Below, piece by piece: positions 48,737-56,805 of a DNA stretch of 64,000 nucleotides. Source of the DNA: a virus (taxonomy: Duplodnaviria; Caudoviricetes); the IMG/VR virus record IMGVR_UViG_3300045970_000924, positions 1,749 through 65,748 of that record. One strand, given 5' to 3'. The position numbers were made by a program, and so were the translations under genes. Position 1 is the stretch's first letter, and each line of letters opens with the position of its first letter. Below the pieces are notes generated by a model. The model saw only the letters and a list, made by a program, of their open reading frames with translations, was not told where the DNA came from and did not search any database.

Positions 48737-49069
48737 TCAAAACAGCACCTCGCCTTCGGTCGCGACCGGCGTGAAGTTGCACGGGTAGGCGGGCTCGCTC
48801 TCGGTCCCGAGGCAGTGCGGGCAGAGGCCCTCCACCACCGCGAGCACGCTCTTCGCCAACCGGGCCAGGGCGACGTCCGCCTCGTTGAGCCGCGTGCACG
48901 CCTCGGCGGCGTTGCCGGTGAGGTGGCCCTCGGCATCGTGAAGCGAGCGGGTCGCGTCCTGCTCGTAGTAGGCGGCGTCAAAGTCTCGGCTCGCCCGCGC
49001 TCGCACCAGCAGCGCCTCGCGGATCGTCTCTGCAGTGAGCGGAGCGCCGCTCTCCATGTGCGTGGCCAT
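48737..49069 (-). CDS. Hypothetical protein
   Basis: Coupled early-left ORF. Confidence 0.5.
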   Translation of the reverse strand: MATHMESGAPLTAETIREALLVRARASRDFDAAYYEQDATRSLHDAEGHLTGNAAEACTRLNEADVALARLAKSVLAVVEGLCPHCLGTESEPAYPCNFTPVATEGEVLF

Positions 49070-49326
49070 TAGCCTTCCCCCTTCGTGGTCTGGAACTCGC
49101 TGCGCAGCTCGGCGATCCGAGCGCGCCACGCCACGCCGTCCTTGGCCGCGGCGAGGTAGTCCTTCTGCGCCTGCGTGAGGTGGATGCCCTCGATCACCGC
49201 GACGTACTGCGGCTGGGGCAGGGCGCAGTCGGCGCTGAACCCGCCGAGGCTGCGCTTGTAGTTGCCGGCAGCGCTGCTCTTCACGACCCGGCTGGAGGTG
49301 GTGCCCGTGAACCTGCGCGGAGCCAT
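49069..49326 (-). CDS. Hypothetical protein
   Basis: GGAGG RBS; coupled. Confidence 0.5.
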   Translation of the reverse strand: MAPRRFTGTTSSRVVKSSAAGNYKRSLGGFSADCALPQPQYVAVIEGIHLTQAQKDYLAAAKDGVAWRARIAELRSEFQTTKGEG

Positions 49327-49778
49327 TACCGAGCCTCCCCGTCCGCCCCACGGCAGTCGTAGTGGTCGGGCCGCGCGGGGACGCGATCCATCTGCTCGGC
49401 CTCTTCCGCGAGCGCGCAGGCCGCGCGGTGGAACCCATGCCCGTCGCAGACCGGGCAGGTGCCCGAGTGATCGACGCCGCAGGCGACGCACTGGTCGTTC
49501 GCGTCGAGGGTGCAGTCGGAGTCTTGGGAGTGCGCCTCCGTCGCGCAGCGCCGGCAGAACACCTCTCCCTCGGGCACCCGCTCGCCGCACCGCTGGTCGC
49601 CCTTCCGGCTGGCGTTGGCGCAGGCGTAGGTGATCCCGCCCGTGCTGGTCTTGCAGACGAGGCAGGTGCCGCGGTCGTCGAACCGCTGGCAGGCGCAGGT
49701 GCGCGGGTCGCGGTCCACCACCGCCCGGACCAGTTCGTTGCCAGCCGCGAAGAGGGCGCGCGAGAAGAGAGTCGTCAT
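49326..49778 (-). CDS. Cys-rich zinc-binding hypothetical protein
   Basis: GGAG RBS; many CxxC pairs. Confidence 0.55.
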   Translation of the reverse strand: MTTLFSRALFAAGNELVRAVVDRDPRTCACQRFDDRGTCLVCKTSTGGITYACANASRKGDQRCGERVPEGEVFCRRCATEAHSQDSDCTLDANDQCVACGVDHSGTCPVCDGHGFHRAACALAEEAEQMDRVPARPDHYDCRGADGEAR

Positions 49779-49780
49779 GG

Positions 49781-50206
49781 CTAGCTCCCGCTCTGCGCGC
49801 AGGCCGCGGTCTGCGCGGTGGTGTGGACGGTGCCGCAGCGGAGGCAGACGCCGTGCCGACCGGCGCGGTAGGCCAACTGCGCCTTGGTCGCCTTCTTCTG
49901 CTTGCTGGACTTGGTGGGCTCGACGTAGCTCGGGTCCGCGTCGAGCATCGCCGCGCGGTCGAGGTGCTTCTGCGCCATCTGGCGCAGCGCCTTGCTCGGC
50001 TGCCCGGCGCACTCCGCGCGAGCCTGGAGGCCAGCCGCCAGCGCCCGGTACTCCTCCGCCGTCTTGCCCTCGAAGGTGGCCGGCTTGCTGAACCGCGCGA
50101 TCGCTGCCCGGCCCTTCACCTGGAGCATGTCCACGGTGATCGGCTCGGACTCGGTGGTAGCTGCCTCGAACTCCGCCTGTGCTGCCGTCATCTCCTGGTA
50201 GGTCAT
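49781..50206 (-). CDS. First early-left gene, hypothetical
   Basis: GGAG RBS; C-terminal CLRCG..H. Confidence 0.6.
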   Translation of the reverse strand: MTYQEMTAAQAEFEAATTESEPITVDMLQVKGRAAIARFSKPATFEGKTAEEYRALAAGLQARAECAGQPSKALRQMAQKHLDRAAMLDADPSYVEPTKSSKQKKATKAQLAYRAGRHGVCLRCGTVHTTAQTAACAQSGS

Positions 50207-50257
50207 CTGCTCTCCCTGGCCCCGACAGGCCCTCGGCGGTAGCGCCGAACAAGAGAG

Positions 50258-50286
50258 AGTGTGCCCGACCGGGAACAACTTGTCAA
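50258..50286 (-). promoter_or_regulatory. PL-like promoter with an operator in the spacer
   Basis: TTGACA-17 bp-CACACT; the spacer contains TGTTCCCGGTCGGG, also present at PR. Confidence 0.7.
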
Positions 50287-50393
50287 CAGGAGGATCGAAG
50301 AAAAGGTACACGCGGGGAACCGAACGGGAACAAGCGTCTGGTTCCCGTTGAGATTTCCCCGCGACAGAGAGAGACTACGGATCGGGGTGACTC

Positions 50394-50801
50394 ATGGGCA
50401 TGCTTGCCGTCGTGGTGGTGATCGGACTTGGCGCCGTGTACGTGGGGCTGATGCGCCCTCAGCGAACGGCCGCCGCCAGTTTCGAGCCGGCCGCCGAGCC
50501 GGGCGCGTCGGGCCTGATCAAGTGCCCCGACTGCGGCACCGGGGTCTCGCGGATGGCCCCGGCCTGCGTCCGCTGCGGCCGGCCGATGCAGGCGCGCACG
50601 ATCCTGCCATCATCCGGCCGCGTTCAGGCGATAGAGCAGACGGGCAAGACGTGGAAGTCGATGCAACTACTCAGCGGACTGGCGGTATTCGTCGGCGCGG
50701 TGATGTTCTTCGCGCAGCAACCATCTGGCCCGTTCGTTCTTCTGCTTGGGCTCTGCGGGTTCTTCCTCGCGAGGTTTGGCGCGTGGTGGAATCACGGCTA
50801 G
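50394..50801 (+). CDS. Zinc-ribbon membrane protein (lysogen accessory)
   Basis: LIKCPDCG..VS..A..C..CG.P; two C-terminal TM helices. Confidence 0.7.
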   Translation: MGMLAVVVVIGLGAVYVGLMRPQRTAAASFEPAAEPGASGLIKCPDCGTGVSRMAPACVRCGRPMQARTILPSSGRVQAIEQTGKTWKSMQLLSGLAVFVGAVMFFAQQPSGPFVLLLGLCGFFLARFGAWWNHG

Positions 50802-51334
50802 ACGCTGATGACGGTCGCTCGACCTCTCGAAAGCCTCCACGCTCGAGCCCCTGCAACCCACCCGCGGCCCCGCCTACGCGCCTGCCGGAGCGCTGCGCCC
50901 TCTGAGGGGTGCTCCTCGCCGCCGTAGCGCCAGGCCAGCGACTCCGAATCCCATCCGCTCGCCGTGCTCGCGGCGCCGAGGTCCACCAGCCGGTGCGCGA
51001 TGGTAGCCCAGCTCGCCAGCCGCCAGCGCCGCCGGAGCGCGGCAAGGTCAATGCCGTGCTCGCGCACCGCTATCTTGAACGGCAGGGCAGGGAGCAGGAG
51101 CGCAGCTGCCCCGCGATCGCAGATGGCTTCCTTGGTCTCGCGAGGTAGCGTGTTCCACTCGGCCGGCGCGAAGTACTCCAAGACCTCATGGGCCAGCGTA
51201 AACTCATCTCGGGCCGCGTAGCCCGATGGGCTCAGCACGATCGTCTCGATTGACCGGAGCGTACAGCCGAGGACGCCCGCGCCCATCCAGCGCTCAACCA
51301 GCCGGATGCCCAGGCTATCGATCAGGCCTCGCAT
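50798..51334 (-). CDS. ImmA/IrrE-family metallopeptidase (start uncertain)
   Basis: RDEFTLAHEVLE, EAICDRGAAALLLP; downstream of the repressor. Confidence 0.75.
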   Translation of the reverse strand: MRGLIDSLGIRLVERWMGAGVLGCTLRSIETIVLSPSGYAARDEFTLAHEVLEYFAPAEWNTLPRETKEAICDRGAAALLLPALPFKIAVREHGIDLAALRRRWRLASWATIAHRLVDLGAASTASGWDSESLAWRYGGEEHPSEGAALRQARRRGRGWVAGARAWRLSRGRATVISV

Positions 51335-51374
51335 GGAGCATCCCGGCTGGTGCCGCCCGCGGCGGAGCAGCTCG

Positions 51375-51860
51375 TCAGCGACCTCCTCCCCCCTGGCCAG
51401 CAAGGAGGAGCGACACGATGACGTCGGCAGCCGTGTCGGCCGCAGCAGCGTCGAAGGCCTTCCCTCGAAGGCGGCGGGCCTCGCCGCGGATGCGTTGGAG
51501 CTGTTCACCAGAGAGGTTGAGCCCAGCCGTTCGCTTGCCAATTGCTTCCCCCAGAAGCAGCAGATCGTCGTCTGGGCTGGTTGTAGCAGGCGGCCCCGAC
51601 AACGGGCGCGCCCCCGCGTCTTCTGCCAGGAATTCGTAGCCCGGAGCCGGCGGGAACCCCTTCGGGCGGATCTTCATGATCGCTAGCACCGCGTCCCTGC
51701 CAGGGTTCTGTCGGCCCGCGCCCGCCATGCTCCACCGGGCGACGCCGCTACGCCCCTTGTGCCCGAGGCGAGCCGCGAACTCGTCTTGGTCAAGCTTCAG
51801 CGCATCGCAGACGGACATCGCCCACTCGGCCAGCGCGAAATTCTTCTGCTTGGTCGGCAT
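51375..51860 (-). CDS. cI: CI-like repressor (XRE HTH)
   Basis: LDQDEFAARLG...VARW HTH; divergent from the cro-like gene. Confidence 0.7.
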   Translation of the reverse strand: MPTKQKNFALAEWAMSVCDALKLDQDEFAARLGHKGRSGVARWSMAGAGRQNPGRDAVLAIMKIRPKGFPPAPGYEFLAEDAGARPLSGPPATTSPDDDLLLLGEAIGKRTAGLNLSGEQLQRIRGEARRLRGKAFDAAAADTAADVIVSLLLAGQGGGGR

Positions 51861-51942
51861 GCCATCGGTTGTACTTGTTTGAAGCATCACAGGAAATGCC
51901 CTCCTGGGAACACGAATCCGGGAACGCCGCCGAAACGGGTTG

Positions 51943-51971
51943 TTGACTCCATGTTCCCGGTCGGGTACTTA
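51943..51971 (+). promoter_or_regulatory. PR-like promoter/operator
   Basis: TTGACT-17 bp-TACTTA; contains pseudo-palindrome GTTCCC-GGTC-GGGTAC; extra GGGAAC half-sites upstream. Confidence 0.6.
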
Positions 51972-51979
51972 TCCTGGCC

Positions 51980-52219
51980 ATGGTTCCTTCGTCTTGGCGC
52001 AAGCAACGCGAGTTGTCTCTCCGGGCGGTGGCGCAACTGCTCGGCGTTGAGTCGCCTTCGTCGGTGCTGCGCTACGAGCGCGGCGAGCGCGAGGCTCCCA
52101 ACTCCATCGCTCTCGCCTACGAGCGGATCAGCGCCGGAGCCGTGACCAGCGAAGACCTCGCCCGCGCTCACCGCGCCTTCCACGGCAAGCCCACCAGCAA
52201 GCGCTCTCGCGCCGCCTGA
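51980..52219 (+). CDS. cro: Cro-like HTH regulator
   Basis: LSLRAVAQLLG...SVLRYERGER...GAVTSEDL. Confidence 0.8.
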   Translation: MVPSSWRKQRELSLRAVAQLLGVESPSSVLRYERGEREAPNSIALAYERISAGAVTSEDLARAHRAFHGKPTSKRSRAA

Positions 52220-52314
52220 TCTGCCTCGCCCGTGCCCGCTTTTCGGCATGGGCTTTTTCATGCGCCGCGCAAAGCCGGAAAGCCCGGAAACAGATTTGCC
52301 AGTCGGAGGTCAAA

Positions 52315-52746
52315 GTGGACGAAGAGACGCAGAACGACAACCTTTCCGGCTTCACCGATCCGGCCGCGGACGAGGTGGCGCGCTGGGAGCGTGTCGAGCG
52401 TGAGGCGCTGATCCTCTGCGACCCGTTGGCGCGGATGATCGGGCACAAGAACATCACCCACCCGCTCGGCATGTCGGCGGGCCAGCTCTCCAAGGAGCTG
52501 AGCGCATCCGACGACAAGCGCCTCAGCCTGGCTGTCGGGCTCTGCATCCTCAACAAGAGCCAGAACGACAAGCTGGCCCGGCTGCTGATCTGCGACGCCG
52601 CGGGCTACCGCCTGCCCGAGCCGCAAAAGCGCAAGGCCACGGCGGAGGAGGAGTTGAAGGCGCTGAAAGAGGAGCTGCGGCAGGCGGGCTCCGTCGGCAG
52701 CGCGATCATCGGCCTCGCGCAGGCGCGGTTGAGGGCCGGTCGATGA
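52315..52746 (+). CDS. CII-like regulator
   Basis: GGAGG RBS; position after cro; LGMSAGQLSKEL. Confidence 0.5.
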   Translation: MDEETQNDNLSGFTDPAADEVARWERVEREALILCDPLARMIGHKNITHPLGMSAGQLSKELSASDDKRLSLAVGLCILNKSQNDKLARLLICDAAGYRLPEPQKRKATAEEELKALKEELRQAGSVGSAIIGLAQARLRAGR

Positions 52747-52858
52747 GCGGCGCGGCTGTGTTTTCCGTGAGGCCTCTCGTCGCGTGGCCGATCGTCATGG
52801 GGACGTACTACGCGGACGTCGACGCCCTCGTTCGTAAGCGCAAGAAGGGCGGCAACCG

Positions 52859-53305
52859 ATGAGCGCCCTCGCCTTCATCGCTGGATGCGTGGTCGCGACC
52901 GGAGTGGTGCTGTTCACTCTCCTGGCGACGCTCCTGACGGACGAGCCTGCGCCGACCACCGAAGGCGCAGCATCGGCGCAGGGCTCCTGGCTCGCTGCTC
53001 TGTTCAACCCGCCAGCGCGCGCGTGCGTCTGGATCATCCGCTCGTTCGGCTGGTTGGTTGGTATGGGGTCGGCCCAGCCGCTCACGGCCGAGATGATGAT
53101 GCGGCGGATACAGGCGGCGGCGCTTCCTCTCGCCGCCGCCACGCTCATGTGGCCGGGCGTCTTTGTTGTTGGCGTCGCGCTGGCGATCACCTTTCGCATG
53201 CCTCCCGTGAAGAGGTGGTTCTTCGCCCCGTTTGTGGGCGCGATCCTCTATTGGGCGCTGTCCTTCTATCTGGTCGCGCGCGCGCTGGAGGTCCTGTGGA
53301 CCTAG
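52859..53305 (+). CDS. Multi-pass membrane protein
   Basis: Several hydrophobic helices. Confidence 0.5.
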   Translation: MSALAFIAGCVVATGVVLFTLLATLLTDEPAPTTEGAASAQGSWLAALFNPPARACVWIIRSFGWLVGMGSAQPLTAEMMMRRIQAAALPLAAATLMWPGVFVVGVALAITFRMPPVKRWFFAPFVGAILYWALSFYLVARALEVLWT

Positions 53306-53616
53306 CGCTTGCTGGTCTTGTCGGGCTTGAAGCCCATCGTGGGTCTGGGCTTGAAGTCGGGTGGCGGCGGGGCAGCGTCAACGAGAGTCGGAGCCTCAAG
53401 GGCCTCGAGCATCGCGAGAACCCGCTGCGCCTCGGGTCCGGTGAGGCGCCTGCGGAGGTCGTCTACCCACTCCTTCGCGGCGCGGCCCTCCGGGCTTGCG
53501 AGGAAGGCCTTGTGTCTCGGGTTCAGCGTGAGGCTGGCGGCCTGCAGTTGCTTCAGAAGTTGCACGACATCTTCGACGCCCAAAGCGGGCGCCTGAGGCG
53601 CAAGGCGATTCTGCAC
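53302..53616 (-). CDS. Antisense-oriented hypothetical protein
   Basis: Fills a gap in the + strand operon; helical sequence ending RPTMGFKPD; stop overlaps the convergent gene. Confidence 0.45.
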   Translation of the reverse strand: MQNRLAPQAPALGVEDVVQLLKQLQAASLTLNPRHKAFLASPEGRAAKEWVDDLRRRLTGPEAQRVLAMLEALEAPTLVDAAPPPPDFKPRPTMGFKPDKTSKR

Positions 53617-53861
53617 GGTAACCGTCCATACGTGCGGGCGCCCGGTTCGTCGGTGCTGGATACACCGGCGAGGCCCGCGGTTCAGGCGCCCACTTTGAGC
53701 GCCGAGGCGTCGGCATTGTACCGCGCCCCTCCGACACTCCCGGCGTTGCGGCTCTCGGCTGGGGGCTCGCGATGAGCCTCCCCGACCGCACCGCCGAAGA
53801 GCGCAAGGCCCTGCTCTGGCGCCTAGCTCTTTCGGCAAACCCCCAACACCAGGAGGAATCC

Positions 53862-54146
53862 ATGAGCACCGAGAAGTGCCACCGCGGTTGTGGACGCCCC
53901 GACGGCCTCCACGTCTGCCCGAAGGTTCCGCCCGTTCCTGCGGGCGTCGGTCCTCTCCTCCGCGCCGCCCAGGCCCGTGTCGTGGAGCTCGAGTCCGAAC
54001 TCGCCACATCGCAGCAGCTGCTCCGCGAGGCGTTCGCGCGCGAGGCGCACACCGACGCGCTGCTGGAGAAGGCGCACCGGGAGATCGTGGGCCTCCGCAA
54101 GCTCTACGAGGCGCCGCTCGAGATCGTGGTCGGGAGGCTCGAGTGA
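53862..54146 (+). CDS. Hypothetical coiled-coil protein
   Basis: AGGAGG RBS before ATG 53862. Confidence 0.6.
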   Translation: MSTEKCHRGCGRPDGLHVCPKVPPVPAGVGPLLRAAQARVVELESELATSQQLLREAFAREAHTDALLEKAHREIVGLRKLYEAPLEIVVGRLE

Positions 54147-54595
54147 CCGCGCCCATCCTGCCGACGTTCGCGCGGCTGCTGGCGTTCGTGGTGCTGGTCC
54201 CGTTCGCCGTCGGCGCGGGGCTCGTGAAGCGGCTCGGCCGCAAGTTGAGGGCGCTGTGATCGCCGCGGGGTTCTCGCTGCACACCTCCGAGTTCCTCGGG
54301 CTGGTGGCGTTCGTCGGCGTGGTCGCGGGGATGATCGGCAGCGCGTGGCGGACGTTCACCGCGCCTGCGCCGCTGCCCTATGTCGAGCAAGCAGAGCAGC
54401 TCGCCCGGAGCCGCCGATGAAGGCGCACGTCGAGGCGATGGGCTCGGTGCTGGTTGCCGCTGCCCTGGCTGTGGGGCTGCTGTTGATGACGGGCTGGGCC
54501 GCGGGGCTCGAGTTGTCCAAGCAGGACGGGGCGACGCTCCTCGTGCTGGTGGGCGTGGTGGCGATCGTGCGGACGGGCAACGTGAAGGGGGCGCG

Positions 54596-55258
54596 ATGAA
54601 GCGCGGCCCTCACCACTCTTGGACCCGGGCGATCGACAACGCGGCCCCCGACGGGCGTGAGCGGCGGTGCCTGCTCTGCGATGCGCGGGTGAGCCGCCAC
54701 CGGATCACCGCGCTGCAGATCCCGACCGAGTCGCTCTCCATGGGGCTCGACGGCAAGCGCGTGAGCGTCGAGGCCTGGCGCTTCCGCGGTGACGACACCT
54801 GCCCGTGGGTCTGGTGCTGGGAGTTGCCCTCCTGCGCTCCGAAGGCGGGCAGGGCACAGGCGCTCCGCGCGGGGCCGGAGGGGCTCGCCTTGCCCAAGCC
54901 GGTCCGGCTCGCGGTGCTGAAGGTGCGCCGGGAGAAGGCCCACCGGCAGAGCACCAACGAGATCCGCACGGCGGTCATGCAGCGCGCACAGGGCCGCTGC
55001 GAGGGCTGCGGGCGGGTCTGCTCGGTGTTCGACCTGCAGATGGATCACTTCTTCGGGGGCTCGGGCCGGCGGCGCCAGCAGCAGTCGGTGGAGACCTGCT
55101 GGGCGCTGGGGCGGCTCTGCTGCCACCCCGACAAGACCGACAACAAGCCCAACGCTGCCCACTGGCGTGCGAAGTGGCGGGAGCACTGCCGCACGCACGG
55201 CTACTCGGCTGAGGTCCCCTCGCTGCGCAAGGCGGTGCCGATGCGGAGGGCGTCTTGA
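54596..55258 (+). CDS. HNH-like zinc nuclease
   Basis: RAQGRCEGCG...DHFFGG...CWALGRLCCHPDKT. Confidence 0.65.
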   Translation: MKRGPHHSWTRAIDNAAPDGRERRCLLCDARVSRHRITALQIPTESLSMGLDGKRVSVEAWRFRGDDTCPWVWCWELPSCAPKAGRAQALRAGPEGLALPKPVRLAVLKVRREKAHRQSTNEIRTAVMQRAQGRCEGCGRVCSVFDLQMDHFFGGSGRRRQQQSVETCWALGRLCCHPDKTDNKPNAAHWRAKWREHCRTHGYSAEVPSLRKAVPMRRAS

Positions 55259-55828
55259 GCGCGCTCTCCGCTCTCGCCTGCGCGCACCTCCGCGCCGCGG
55301 GGATGCTCGACGCTGCAGACCTCGCCGAAGAGCAGGCGTGGGCGCACGCGCTGGAGTGCCCGCCCCGCGAGTCCAACGCCATCGCTCGGCTCGTCGCAAT
55401 CGCTCGCGTGGAGACGCTCTGCACGCATGCCGAGTCCCTCCGCATCCTGGCGGCTGGACTGCTGGAGGTCCCCAATGGTTAGCGAGGCCCTGCTGCAGCG
55501 GCTCACGCTGGTAGCGACCCAGGAGGCCGAGGCAGAGCGCGGCCCGGTGGACTGCCTCGCGGGGCACCAGTCGTTCGGCGTGCCGGGCACCGCCTGCACC
55601 TGCGGGCTCACGCGGCTGCCGCCGAGCACCGCGTATTACTTCAACGCCGTCTTTTTCTGCGGTGTCGAGCGGCGCCGGAAGGCGGGGCTCTGATGGCGTG
55701 CACTCGAACCCTCCGTAGTTCTCAAGTCGCCGCCAGAGGAGAAGCGGCTCTCGCGCGGGGTGCCTCTTTCGGCCGTTCTGAGACCTGCGTCGGCATCCGC
55801 CGCGGGCTCGCGCTGTACGGAGCCCTCC

Positions 55829-56434
55829 ATGCGTAAGCGCTTCCGTGCCTCCGCCATCGCCAAGCCCCGCTCCAAGCGGCGCGCCCGCGGGGCCTACTTC
55901 ACCCCTGATGCGCTGGCCGCCGCGATCTGCCGCTCTCTCGCTGACGAGATCGGCGCGCCTCGCGACGTCCTCGAGCCCGGCTGTGGCGGCGGCGCCTTCT
56001 TGCGCGCCGCCCGCGCGGTGTGGCCCGGCGTGGATCTCGATGGCGTGGATCTCGTGCCGAAGTGCGAAGGGCCGGGCGCCATCTGGCCCGGGAGCATCTT
56101 CGACCTCTGCGAAGGGAAGCTGCGCGCCGAAGACGGCTGGGCGTTGATCGTCGGCAACCCCGACTTCTTGCACGCCGAGAAGATCGTGCGGCACTGCCTC
56201 TCGCTGCTCGCGCCGGGCGGTCACCTGGCCTTCCTTCTTCCGCTCTCGTTTGCAGCGAGCAAGCAGCGTCGGGCGCTATTCGTCACCTATCCCTGCCGGT
56301 ATCAGCAGCCTATCGCGGGCCGCCCGGCGTTCATCGGCAAGACCACCGGCTCCCAGGAGTACGGCCTCTTTGTCTGGAGGCAGGGCTTCAAGGGCCGCGG
56401 GCAGATCCTTCCTCCGCTGGAGTGGAAGCCATGA
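55829..56434 (+). CDS. Amino-(N6A/N4C)-type DNA methyltransferase, variant motif IV NPDF
   Basis: YFTP, VLEPGCGGGAF, IVGNPDF, AFLLPLSF, RPAF...EYGLFVW. Confidence 0.8.
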   Translation: MRKRFRASAIAKPRSKRRARGAYFTPDALAAAICRSLADEIGAPRDVLEPGCGGGAFLRAARAVWPGVDLDGVDLVPKCEGPGAIWPGSIFDLCEGKLRAEDGWALIVGNPDFLHAEKIVRHCLSLLAPGGHLAFLLPLSFAASKQRRALFVTYPCRYQQPIAGRPAFIGKTTGSQEYGLFVWRQGFKGRGQILPPLEWKP

Positions 56435-56805
56435 GCACCAAGAACGCGACGCACTGCAAGCGCGGCCACGAGTGGGCGGTCTACGGGAAGCTCGGGAGCC
56501 AGGGCTACCGGGTCTGCGGGAAGTGCAAGGCCGAAGGGATGAAGCGCTGGCGGTCTGAGCAGGGAGACGACCGCGCGGTGATCCGGGCTCAGGCGAGGAT
56601 GATGCGGATCATCCTTCACGAGTGCGGCTACTCGTGGGCGACCGCTGGGCAGTTCCGAATCGACCTTCGCGAGACGACGATCCATGAGCGCAGCGCTCCG
56701 GCCACTGGAGCAGCTCGACGCGACTTCAACCGCTGCCCGGCAAAGCGCTCCACCACCATCTCGATCGCGGACCACGCGGTCGCTCGCCTTAATGAGGCCG
56801 CCTGA
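56431..56805 (+). CDS. Hypothetical zinc-finger protein
   Basis: THCKRGH...RVCGKC; coupled. Confidence 0.55.
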   Translation: MSTKNATHCKRGHEWAVYGKLGSQGYRVCGKCKAEGMKRWRSEQGDDRAVIRAQARMMRIILHECGYSWATAGQFRIDLRETTIHERSAPATGAARRDFNRCPAKRSTTISIADHAVARLNEAA

